Assembly: GCA_029547805.1 (NCBI GenBank)
Contig: JAKPOP010000010.1
Span: forward strand, 209,675 to 273,674
Origin: Deltaproteobacteria bacterium
Lineage (GTDB): Bacteria; Myxococcota_A; UBA9042; DTJE01
Length of the DNA stretch: 64,000 bases
Direction: 5' to 3'
Shown here: positions 13,829-21,420 of the stretch, one piece after another
Layout: each line of letters begins with the position of its first letter
Numbering within the stretch: position 1 is the first letter of the stretch
The notes under the pieces: generated by a model
What the model saw: the letters and a program-made list of their open reading frames with translations, nothing else
Told to the model about the DNA's origin: nothing
Databases searched by the model: none
Program-made: the position numbers and the translations under genes

Positions 13829-14404
13829 CTACTCGGTCTCGTTGTCCACGAAGAACGCCGAGGAGCCGACCTGGGAGCACTCCGCGTAGATGGCCTTGGG
13901 GTCACCGAAGATCAGCCGCTGGAAGGTCGACATCGTGGTGTCGCAGTCCAGGTCGGCGTGAGCGTTCGCGGTGGCCTTCGCCTGATCCAGCGTGGAGTTG
14001 TTGCTGTCGAAGGAGTAGACGAAGTACACCTCGTCCGAGATCTGGAACGACAGGGCCGCCCAGGTCTTCGTGTTCCAGGCGTCGCTGTTCGAGTCGCAGC
14101 GGTTGTCGGCGTTGGTGTCCAGCGCGGTGTCGCAGCAGGACGCGCCGGGGGTGACGCCCTGGTCGGTCGGGAACTGGCAGTAGATCTTGGAGCCGGTGGC
14201 GGCGATGTGGGGCGCCGTGTAGTAGTACGCAGCGCCCTTGTAGATCTTGTCCAGCTCGTCGATGGCCTCGGTCGTCTTCGCGCGCCGCATGTACTTGATG
14301 AAGGCGGGGACGGCGATGACCGCCAGGATGCCGAGGATGGCCACGACGACCATCAACTCGACCAGCGTGAAGCCCTTGACGTTCAGTTTCCGGAACTTGT
14401 TCAT
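13829..14404 (-). CDS. pilA: Type IVa major pilin (prepilin with N-terminal cleavage/methylation domain)
   Basis: ATG at 14404 has an AAGGAGG RBS. Translation is MNKFRKLNVKGFTLVELMVVVAILGILAVIAVPAFIKYM.., with the class-III signal G|FTLxE and a hydrophobic alpha-1 helix. The Cys-rich variable C-terminal domain resembles Myxococcus PilA. Confidence 0.9.
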   Translation of the reverse strand: MNKFRKLNVKGFTLVELMVVVAILGILAVIAVPAFIKYMRRAKTTEAIDELDKIYKGAAYYYTAPHIAATGSKIYCQFPTDQGVTPGASCCDTALDTNADNRCDSNSDAWNTKTWAALSFQISDEVYFVYSFDSNNSTLDQAKATANAHADLDCDTTMSTFQRLIFGDPKAIYAECSQVGSSAFFVDNETE

Positions 14405-14496
14405 GGAACCCTCCTTTGAGTTGAAAGCCCTGACCCGAACCCCTCGGGTCACTGAACGCCCGCCCTCTCCTGCGGCTCGTTCCGCCCTCCTGACAT

Positions 14497-14514
14497 ATGC
14501 AACCGTCATGCCAA
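14497..14514 (-). promoter_or_regulatory. sigma-54 (RpoN) promoter for pilA
   Basis: The minus strand reads TTGGCATGACGGTTGCAT. TGGCAT-N5-TTGCA matches the -24/-12 consensus TGGCAC-N5-TTGCA with exact GG/GC spacing, about 90 nt upstream of the pilA ATG. Confidence 0.7.
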
Positions 14515-14587
14515 CCACAAACAATCATCAAAACGGAGACTTGCGTAAACTTGGGAGGTCCGAGTTTCGTGACGAAGGCCCGAAGTT

Positions 14588-14616
14588 GTCACCATCGAGG
14601 GACAATTTTTGTCACC
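14588..14616 (-). promoter_or_regulatory. Candidate enhancer (bEBP/PilR-like) binding sites: direct TGTCACC repeats 22 bp apart with embedded TTGTC..GACAA inverted repeat
   Basis: The sequence gttgTCACCatcgaggGACAAtttttgTCACCc lies 75-120 bp upstream of the sigma-54 -24 element, the usual distance for enhancer-binding proteins. Confidence 0.3.
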
Positions 14617-14785
14617 CGCCTCGGGGTTGGACTGTCGGGCCACGAACCCCGGCCGTCGACCCGAGGAACAGGGCTCGGCCCCTTCCGGCCGGCGGCGATT
14701 CCCCGATGCCTGCGCAGACTTTCCTCCTCCCTGTTCGCGGGGACCGCCATGGCATAATCGTCGCTCCGGGGGGGGGGAGGCGGTC

Positions 14786-16846
14786 ATGGGACGACCAGGG
14801 GCCTGGTTCGCGGCGATCCTGGTCGCCGTTGCGCTGCGGTTCGCCTCGGGGTGGCCCCTGGTGGCAGGACCGGAGGCCCTGCCCTTTCCCGATGACGCCC
14901 CCTACCACTGGATCCGCCTTGGGGCCCTGGCGGCAGGCCCCGTGGACCTCCAGGCCCCGGACCCCGGGTCGGCCTGGCCCGAGGGGGTCCGGGCACACTG
15001 GCCCTGGGGGTTCGATCTGGCCATGGCGGCACTGATGCGCCTTGCCGGGGCATCGGGGGACGCCCTCTTTCGATTCAGTTCCTGGGCCATTCCGATCCTG
15101 GGGGCGCTGCTGCTGCCCCTGGTCTGGGTGCTGGCCCGGCGCCTGGGCGGTCCGACGGTGGCGGCGATCGCGACGGCGCTGGCTGCCGTGATGCCGTTCC
15201 ACGTGCAGTACTCGATGGTGGGACGGGTGGACCACCACGTCCTGGAGCCCATCTCCCTGGCCGTGGCCGTGTCGGGCCTGCTTCCGGGCACCTCGTGGAT
15301 CGGTGCCGGGCTCTCGGGACTGGTCCAGGGGATCTCCTTCGCCCTCTTTCCGTCAGCCCTCTACCCGGTATTGGTGGTGCTGACCCTCGGAGGCCCCCTC
15401 GCCGCGTTGCGGCGCCCGGGACCGACCTCCCTCTGGGCCATCGTCACCTGGGCCGGTGCCGCAGCCTCCCTGACCGTCTCCCCCTATGCCCAGGACTGGG
15501 CCTTTTTCGCCCCCTCCCGGACCCACCTCGTGCTCACAGGCATCGGAGTCCTTGGAGTCCTGGGAACCGCCGTCGCCAGGCGCCTGTGTCCGGCGATTCC
15601 GCCATGGCGGTTCCCGCCGGCCGCAAGCGAAGACCAGGGAGGGGGAGCCGCCGCGAACCGTGCGCGGCGCGACGAAGGGGACGGAGCGCTTCCCCGCTGG
15701 CGGACGACCCGGGAGGCCATCGCGCTGGGCGTCGGCGTTGCGGCGGCCGGAGTCGCCGGGGCGGCGCTCTGGTGGGCCTTCCCGTCGTGGGTCGATTCCT
15801 TCCGCGAGGGGATCGCCTACCTGGGTGGAAGCGGCTTCGCCCGCCTCTCCTTCGAGGCCCGCCCCCTGCTCAGCGATCCCCTCCGGGCATGGACTCTCCT
15901 GGGGGTTGCCGCCCCTCTGGGTCTGGCGGGGATCTGGAGACTGGCCGGCCCCGCCGATGCCCCCCCGGGGGTCCGGGAGGCCCGGCAGCGGTTCGCCCTG
16001 CTGGCCCTGGCCCTCTCCGGCGGGGCGCTGCTGCAACGTCGGTTCGTGATGGTGGCCGTGCCCCTGCTGGCGCTGGCCATTGCCGAGGGTCTGGTCCTCT
16101 TGGGGTCCTGGGCGGGCGCTCGGCTGACCCGACGCGGCGTCCGACGCTCCCTGGTGGGGCTGCTGCTCGGGTCCGGCCTCGTCGCCATCCTGGTCCAGGA
16201 CGCCCGGCAGGCCCTCGGGCTGAATCCCTGGCAGCCTCGAGACCAGGCCTTTCTCCAGGCGGCTCGGCTGATCTCCCGGAGGGTCCAGGAGACCCCGGAC
16301 CTCCCCCCGATGGGGGCGCTGGCTCCCTGGGGCGCCGGGCACCTGGTCCGGTGGGCCTCGGGGCTCCCGGTGGTCTGCGACAACTTCTTCGGCGCCCCGG
16401 ACCACGACCGGGGGCTCCGGAACTGCCTCGCGTTCCTGCTCGAGACGGACGAGAACAGGGCGATCCAGATGCGGGAACGGCTCCAGGTCCGGTTCGCGTT
16501 GATCGCGCCGCCCCATCCCGAGGAGGTCCGGGTGATGGGCACCCTGATGGGCCTGCCGGAGGGATCGCTGGTGGACGACCGGGACCGGTTCACGGCCCGC
16601 TTCGCCCGGACGACCTGGGTCCGTCTGGGTCGCTTCGCCAGCGGCTCCGCCCCGGGGTCCCGGGGGCCTCTCGGGTCCTCCCTGGTCGGAAACGTTCTCA
16701 TCCGAGACCGCGATCGTGGGGAGGTCCAGGCGGAGGTCGCGGTGCTGGAGTTCGGAAGCGGCCAGCCCGGCTCCGCTGGGGGGCTTTACCCCGAGGTCCC
16801 CTCGGAAGAGAATGCGGCCCGTCGGATGCCCGGAGAAGCCCCGTGA
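14786..16846 (+). CDS. Polytopic GT-C membrane protein, STT3/AglB/PglB-like oligosaccharyltransferase homologue with degenerate catalytic motif
   Basis: ATG at 14786 has a G-rich RBS. About 13 predicted TM helices are followed by a 200-aa periplasmic domain. The first loop has FPDDAPYHWIR (compare STT3 DPWFNYR and AglB D-x-D..Y-H-x-R). A second GRVDHH loop follows. After the last TM the order ETPDLPP..APWGAGHLV..VVCDNFFG parallels STT3 TPxD..SWWDYGY..vDNnTW. Confidence 0.55.
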   Translation: MGRPGAWFAAILVAVALRFASGWPLVAGPEALPFPDDAPYHWIRLGALAAGPVDLQAPDPGSAWPEGVRAHWPWGFDLAMAALMRLAGASGDALFRFSSWAIPILGALLLPLVWVLARRLGGPTVAAIATALAAVMPFHVQYSMVGRVDHHVLEPISLAVAVSGLLPGTSWIGAGLSGLVQGISFALFPSALYPVLVVLTLGGPLAALRRPGPTSLWAIVTWAGAAASLTVSPYAQDWAFFAPSRTHLVLTGIGVLGVLGTAVARRLCPAIPPWRFPPAASEDQGGGAAANRARRDEGDGALPRWRTTREAIALGVGVAAAGVAGAALWWAFPSWVDSFREGIAYLGGSGFARLSFEARPLLSDPLRAWTLLGVAAPLGLAGIWRLAGPADAPPGVREARQRFALLALALSGGALLQRRFVMVAVPLLALAIAEGLVLLGSWAGARLTRRGVRRSLVGLLLGSGLVAILVQDARQALGLNPWQPRDQAFLQAARLISRRVQETPDLPPMGALAPWGAGHLVRWASGLPVVCDNFFGAPDHDRGLRNCLAFLLETDENRAIQMRERLQVRFALIAPPHPEEVRVMGTLMGLPEGSLVDDRDRFTARFARTTWVRLGRFASGSAPGSRGPLGSSLVGNVLIRDRDRGEVQAEVAVLEFGSGQPGSAGGLYPEVPSEENAARRMPGEAP

Positions 16847-18117
16847 AGGTCGCGGTCATCGGAGGCGGTTCCACCTATACGCCGGAGTTGATGGAGGGGC
16901 TCATTCTGCGCCGGGAGGAACTCTCGCTGGACGAGGTGGTGCTCCAGGACATCGACCTGGACCGCCTGGATCCCGTGGCAGGCTTCTGCCGTCGGATGGC
17001 GAGTCACCTGGGAGCGCCGGACCTCCGGGTCCGCGACACGCGGGACCTTCCGGAGGCCCTCTCGGGGGCCTCCTTCGTGGTGGTCCAGGTCCGGGTCGGG
17101 GGACAGAAGGCACGGCACCTGGACGAGACGCTTCCCCTGCGCCATGGCTGCATCGGCCAGGAGACGACGGGGGCCGGCGGCTTCGCCAAGGCGATGCGCA
17201 CCATCCCGGTCCTGCTGGAGATCGCCGAGGCGGTGAAGCGCCATGCCCCGGGGGCCTGGTGGATCAACTTCACGAACCCCTCGGGAATGGTCACCGAGGC
17301 CCTGATGCGCCACGGAGGCGTCCGGACCGTGGGCCTCTGCAACATCCCGATGGAGATGCGGATCCAGGCGGCGGAACTGCTGGGAGCCCCGGTCGAGGAG
17401 GTCCTGCTGGACTACGTGGGCCTGAACCACCTGGGCTTCGTCCGGGGCGTCCGGTGGCACGGGAAGGACCGCCTCCCGGACCTGCTGGCCTCCCTGGCGG
17501 AGTTCCAGGGACCCGCCAACCTCCCGGGCATCGAGATCCCGGGGGACGTGGTGGCCGCCCTCGGGGCCATCCCCTCGGGGTACGTCCGGTACTACTACTG
17601 CACCGAGGAGGTCCTCCAGGAACTGCAACGACAACCCCGGAGCCGGGCCGAGGTGGTAATGGACCTGGAGGAGCGACTGTTGGCCATCTATCGAGATCCG
17701 GCAGAGTTCCGCAAGCCGGACCTCTTGCAGCAGCGGGGCGGGGCATGGTACAGCCGGGTCGCGGTGGACGTGATGGCGGCCCTGCTGTCCCCGGTGCCGA
17801 GCATCCACGTGGTGAACGCCCGGAACGGGGACACGGTGCCGGGTCTGCCGGCGGACGCCACCGTGGAGGTGCCCTGCCGGGTGTCGGCCCACGGGGTGGA
17901 GCCGCTGCCGCTGACGCGGCGGGTCCCCGACGAGATGATGGGGCTGATCGCCCAGGTGAAGGCCTATGAACGCCTGGCGATCGAGGCTGCGGTGACCCGC
18001 TCGCGACGGTGGGCGCTGCTGGCCCTGATGGCCCATCCCCTGGTGCGGACGGCGGAGAAGGCCAGGGGCATCCTGGAGGAGATGACGCGGGCGGGAAGCA
18101 TTCCGCCCCTGTCCTGA
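16843..18117 (+). CDS. Glycoside hydrolase family 4 protein (NAD+/Mn2+-dependent 6-phospho-glycosidase family)
   Basis: The GTG start overlaps the upstream stop (GTGA). Translation VKVAVIGGGSTYTPELMEGLILRREEL.. is the hallmark GH4 N-terminus, and CNIPME (Cys-containing active-site region) is present. Only the last 424 aa of the 940-aa track ORF are genuine. Confidence 0.85.
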   Translation: MKVAVIGGGSTYTPELMEGLILRREELSLDEVVLQDIDLDRLDPVAGFCRRMASHLGAPDLRVRDTRDLPEALSGASFVVVQVRVGGQKARHLDETLPLRHGCIGQETTGAGGFAKAMRTIPVLLEIAEAVKRHAPGAWWINFTNPSGMVTEALMRHGGVRTVGLCNIPMEMRIQAAELLGAPVEEVLLDYVGLNHLGFVRGVRWHGKDRLPDLLASLAEFQGPANLPGIEIPGDVVAALGAIPSGYVRYYYCTEEVLQELQRQPRSRAEVVMDLEERLLAIYRDPAEFRKPDLLQQRGGAWYSRVAVDVMAALLSPVPSIHVVNARNGDTVPGLPADATVEVPCRVSAHGVEPLPLTRRVPDEMMGLIAQVKAYERLAIEAAVTRSRRWALLALMAHPLVRTAEKARGILEEMTRAGSIPPLS

Positions 18118-18189
18118 CGAGGACCTGCCCCGGGCCCCGTCAGGACGGGCCGGGGCCAGCGCCGGGCTTCGAAGAAGGAGGAGTGTCCC

Positions 18190-19443
18190 ATGAGCGAGGA
18201 ACTGGCACTGTTCGGAGGCACCTCGGTTCGCACGACCCCATTCGCCCCCTGGCCGTACTTCGATGACCGGGAACGGACACTGCTGATGCAGGCCCTGGAG
18301 TCCCGCAACTGGGGTGGCTATCCCTTTCCGAGTCCCCTGGCCGAGGACTTCGGGGAGCGGTTCGCGAAGGTCCACGGCGCCCGCCATGCCACCCCGTGCG
18401 CGAACGGGTCCGTCACGATGGAGATCGCGCTGCAGGCCGCAGGCATCCGGGCCGGAGACGAGGTGATCGTCCCGGCCCTGACCTTCATGGCCACCGCGGC
18501 CTGCGCCATCCGGGTCAACGCGGTGCCGGTCTTCGTGGACATCGAGCCGCGGAACTACTGCATGGACCCCGAGGCCGTCGAGGCCGCCATCACCCCGAAG
18601 ACCCGGGCCATCATCCCGGTGCACCTGGGGGCCAGCATCGCCGACATGGACCGGCTGCTGGAGATCGCCCGGCGCCACGACCTGATCGTGATCGAGGACT
18701 GTGCTCATGCCCACGGCGGGCAGTGGCGAGGCCAGGGCGTCGGGTCGATGGGGGACTTCGGGTCCTTCAGCCTCCAGTCGTCGAAACTGATGACCAGCGG
18801 CGAGGGCGGCGTGCTGACCGTCCGGGACGACGAGATGTTTGAGCGGTGCATGTCGCTGATCAACTGCGGGCGCAAGGAGCCTGGATACGACCGGTTCGAG
18901 GGGCAGTTGTTCGGGGCCAACTACCGGATGAGCGAGCTGCAGATCGCCGTGGCGATGGCCCAGCTGGAGCGCCTGGAGGAGGTGACCGAACGGCGGGCCC
19001 GGATGCACGCCCGCTTCAAGGAACTGCTCCATGGGGCGGTCCAGGGGCTCCGGGTGCTCGACACGGACCCCCGGGTCACCCGCCTCCACTGCTACCAGAC
19101 GATCATGCGCTACGACCCCGAGGCCTTCGCCGGCGTCCCCCGGGACCGGGTCCTGGAGGCCCTGGATGCCGAGGGCGTGCACTTCTCCGGCGATTTCTAC
19201 GAGCCGCTCTACCGCATTCCTCTGATGAACGCCACCAGCGACCGGTGGCCCATGCTTCGGGAGCGGTACGGCGATGGAATCCTGGGCCATCCGGAGATCT
19301 GCTGCCCGGTGGCCGAGAAGGCCGCCTACCAGGAGGGGGTCTGGATGCACTACCCCCATCTCTCGGGCACCCAGAAGGACCTGGAGGACATCGTCGAGGC
19401 GATCGCGAAGGTGCAGCGGCTGGCCCATCGGCTTCGCGGCTGA
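18190..19443 (+). CDS. DegT/DnrJ/EryC1/StrS-family PLP-dependent sugar aminotransferase
   Basis: Fold-type I sugar aminotransferase pattern: ..ATPCANGSVTMEIALQAAG..VIVPALTFMATAA..IPVHLGASIADM..DCAHAHGG..FSLQSSKLMTSGEGG (PLP-lysine region). Confidence 0.9.
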   Translation: MSEELALFGGTSVRTTPFAPWPYFDDRERTLLMQALESRNWGGYPFPSPLAEDFGERFAKVHGARHATPCANGSVTMEIALQAAGIRAGDEVIVPALTFMATAACAIRVNAVPVFVDIEPRNYCMDPEAVEAAITPKTRAIIPVHLGASIADMDRLLEIARRHDLIVIEDCAHAHGGQWRGQGVGSMGDFGSFSLQSSKLMTSGEGGVLTVRDDEMFERCMSLINCGRKEPGYDRFEGQLFGANYRMSELQIAVAMAQLERLEEVTERRARMHARFKELLHGAVQGLRVLDTDPRVTRLHCYQTIMRYDPEAFAGVPRDRVLEALDAEGVHFSGDFYEPLYRIPLMNATSDRWPMLRERYGDGILGHPEICCPVAEKAAYQEGVWMHYPHLSGTQKDLEDIVEAIAKVQRLAHRLRG

Positions 19444-19472
19444 AGAGCCCCAGGACTCGAAAGGAGGCTGCC

Positions 19473-20582
19473 ATGAGCGAGACGTTTGGTGTGGGTCTGG
19501 TGGGTTCGGGGTTCATCAGCCTCACCCACCTCCAGTCCCTGCGCACGATTCCGGGCGTCGAGGTCCGGGCCGTCGCCGACGTGGACCTGGACCGGGGACG
19601 GCTCTTCGCCGAGACCCACGGCATCCCGAAGGCCGTGGCCTCCCACCAGGACCTGCTGGAGGACCCGTCGATCCGGGCCGTCGTGGTGGGTGTGCCGAAC
19701 TGCTTCCATCACGGGATCACGATGGACGCCCTCCGGGCCGGACGGCACGTCATCTGCGAGAAGCCCCTGGCGCTGACGCTGGAGCATGCCGAGGAGATGG
19801 TCCGGACGGCCCGGGAGAAGGGCCTGGTGCTGGGCTATGCCGAGGAGCTGTCGTTCGTGCCGAAGTTCCTCAAGGCCGGGGAACTGATGCGGTCCGGCGG
19901 CATCGGCAAGCCCTACCTGCTGCGGCAGTGCGAGAAGCACGCCGGCCCCTACTCCCCCTGGTTCTGGATCCCCGAGCAGGCCGGCGGGGGCATCCTCATG
20001 GACATGGGATGTCACAGCATCGAGTGCATCCGCTTCCTGCTGGGCAAGCCCCGGGTGGCGTGGGTACAGGCCCACATGGGCACCTACCTCCACCGGGAGA
20101 TCACCGTCGAGGAGGACTTCTGCCTGGTCCTGATGGGCTTCGAGGACGGGACCATCGGGCAGGCCGAGTCCTCCTGGGCCCTGAAGGGGGGCATGGACTC
20201 GACGCTGGAGGTCTTCGGCACCGAGGGGGTCATCCAGGCGGACCTGCTGAAGGGCATGGGGATCCGGGCCTACTCGGAGAAGGGCTTCCCGGAGATGTGG
20301 GAGCCAAACCAGGGCTGGGTCTTCCCGGACTACGAGTGGCTGTGGAACAACGGCTACCCCCAGGAGGACCGGCACTTCATCGAGTGCATGAAGACCGGGC
20401 AGGTCCCAGTGGAGTCCGGGGAGGACGGACTGGCGGTGCTGGAGATCATGCTGGCGGCCTACCACAGCGCCGGGATCGGCCAGAGGGTGCGGCTGCCCTT
20501 CCGGCCCAGGGGCCTGACGGTCCCACCGGTGGACCTGTGGCTCCATCCCCGCCCGGAACTCGGTGCGGGACCGATTCCATGA
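19473..20582 (+). CDS. Gfo/Idh/MocA-family NAD(P)-dependent sugar oxidoreductase
   Basis: AAGGAGG RBS. Rossmann motif GVGLVGSGFISLTH. The EKPLALTLEHAEEMV motif is typical of this family. Confidence 0.9.
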   Translation: MSETFGVGLVGSGFISLTHLQSLRTIPGVEVRAVADVDLDRGRLFAETHGIPKAVASHQDLLEDPSIRAVVVGVPNCFHHGITMDALRAGRHVICEKPLALTLEHAEEMVRTAREKGLVLGYAEELSFVPKFLKAGELMRSGGIGKPYLLRQCEKHAGPYSPWFWIPEQAGGGILMDMGCHSIECIRFLLGKPRVAWVQAHMGTYLHREITVEEDFCLVLMGFEDGTIGQAESSWALKGGMDSTLEVFGTEGVIQADLLKGMGIRAYSEKGFPEMWEPNQGWVFPDYEWLWNNGYPQEDRHFIECMKTGQVPVESGEDGLAVLEIMLAAYHSAGIGQRVRLPFRPRGLTVPPVDLWLHPRPELGAGPIP

Positions 20583-20634
20583 GACGGGTGGGGGCCTCCG
20601 GAGGCGGTCCCCGGGGGCCCGACGCGAGGTGCTT

Positions 20635-20654
20635 CACAAGGCGTGAACCTTGTG
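20635..20654 (+). promoter_or_regulatory. Inverted repeat CACAAGG-n6-CCTTGTG immediately upstream of the sigma-r4 gene (candidate operator)
   Basis: Perfect 7-bp arms at 20635-20641 and 20648-20654, 20 bp upstream of the ATG at 20675. Confidence 0.25.
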
Positions 20655-20674
20655 CTAGGTTCCCAGCACCTTCC

Positions 20675-21202
20675 ATGCGGGCACGAATGGCTTCCCAGGA
20701 AACCAAGAGCGGAACTCGGCAGGGAAGACGAGGGGTTCGCACGATCGCGGCCCGGCGGCTGTCCAAGGTGGACCTCTCGGACGGCCTTCCTTTCGACCCG
20801 GAGGAACTGGAGCGGTTGCGGCCCCGAGTCCGGTCCGACTGCCTTGACGGTCCGAGGCCCTGTCCCTGGGTGGGGTGCAAGTATCACCTGTACCTGGACA
20901 TCAATCCGCGGACCGGGTCGATCAAACTGAACTTCCCGGACATCGAGCCCTGGGAGATGACCCAGTCCTGTGTCCTTGACATCGCCGACCAGGGCCCTGT
21001 GACGCTGGAGGACGTCGGCCGCATCATGAACCTGACCCGGGAACGCATCCGGCAACTGGAGGTGGCGGCGTCCGAGAAGGTCCGGTCCTCCCGGGTCGCC
21101 CTGGAGTACCGGGAGTTCCACCGGGAGACGCCCCGCACGGTCACCCGCCGCCCTGCTCCGGCCGTGGCGGAAGAGGAGGAAGAGGAGGCCGAGGACCTCT
21201 GA
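20675..21202 (+). CDS. Small DNA-binding protein consisting of a Cys/His cluster plus a sigma-70 region-4-like HTH; acidic C-terminal tail
   Basis: ..[18 protein letters not shown].. is followed by [23 protein letters not shown], which resembles the region-4.2 HTH of sigma-70 factors. It ends [11 protein letters not shown]. No sigma region 2 is present. Confidence 0.55.
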   Translation: MRARMASQETKSGTRQGRRGVRTIAARRLSKVDLSDGLPFDPEELERLRPRVRSDCLDGPRPCPWVGCKYHLYLDINPRTGSIKLNFPDIEPWEMTQSCVLDIADQGPVTLEDVGRIMNLTRERIRQLEVAASEKVRSSRVALEYREFHRETPRTVTRRPAPAVAEEEEEEAEDL

Positions 21203-21420
21203 TCCCGGGACCGATGCCCCCGTCCCGCTGCTCTCCGTCCCCCCTCCCCCGCCGGTCTCCAGTCGACCCGTTCCCGGCCCAAGGATGTCCGGTTCCGTCC
21301 TCCCGGAAGGGTCCGGCCAGCGAGGAATTGCGTCCCGAGCGCAGCGGCGCGGCCTTGAAAGGGTGGGTCCGCTCCTCTACACTGTCCGCGGTGTCTGCTT
21401 CCGTGGCTGGGAGGTGGCAA

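Noticed and set aside
14786-16846. Alternative call as GT39/GT83 (PMT/ArnT) glycosyltransferase
   Set aside because: It cannot be excluded. However, the order of motifs after the last TM (TPxD - WWDYG-like - DN) and the first-loop D-D..YH.IR pattern fit STT3/AglB better than ArnT/PMT, which lack a WWDYG-equivalent. Retained as STT3-like with moderate confidence.
15295-18117. 940-aa ORF containing the GH4 gene
   Set aside because: The N-terminal 516 residues are an out-of-frame overlap of the OTase-like gene. The GH4 N-terminus VKVAVIGGGSTYTPEL begins at the GTG at 16843.
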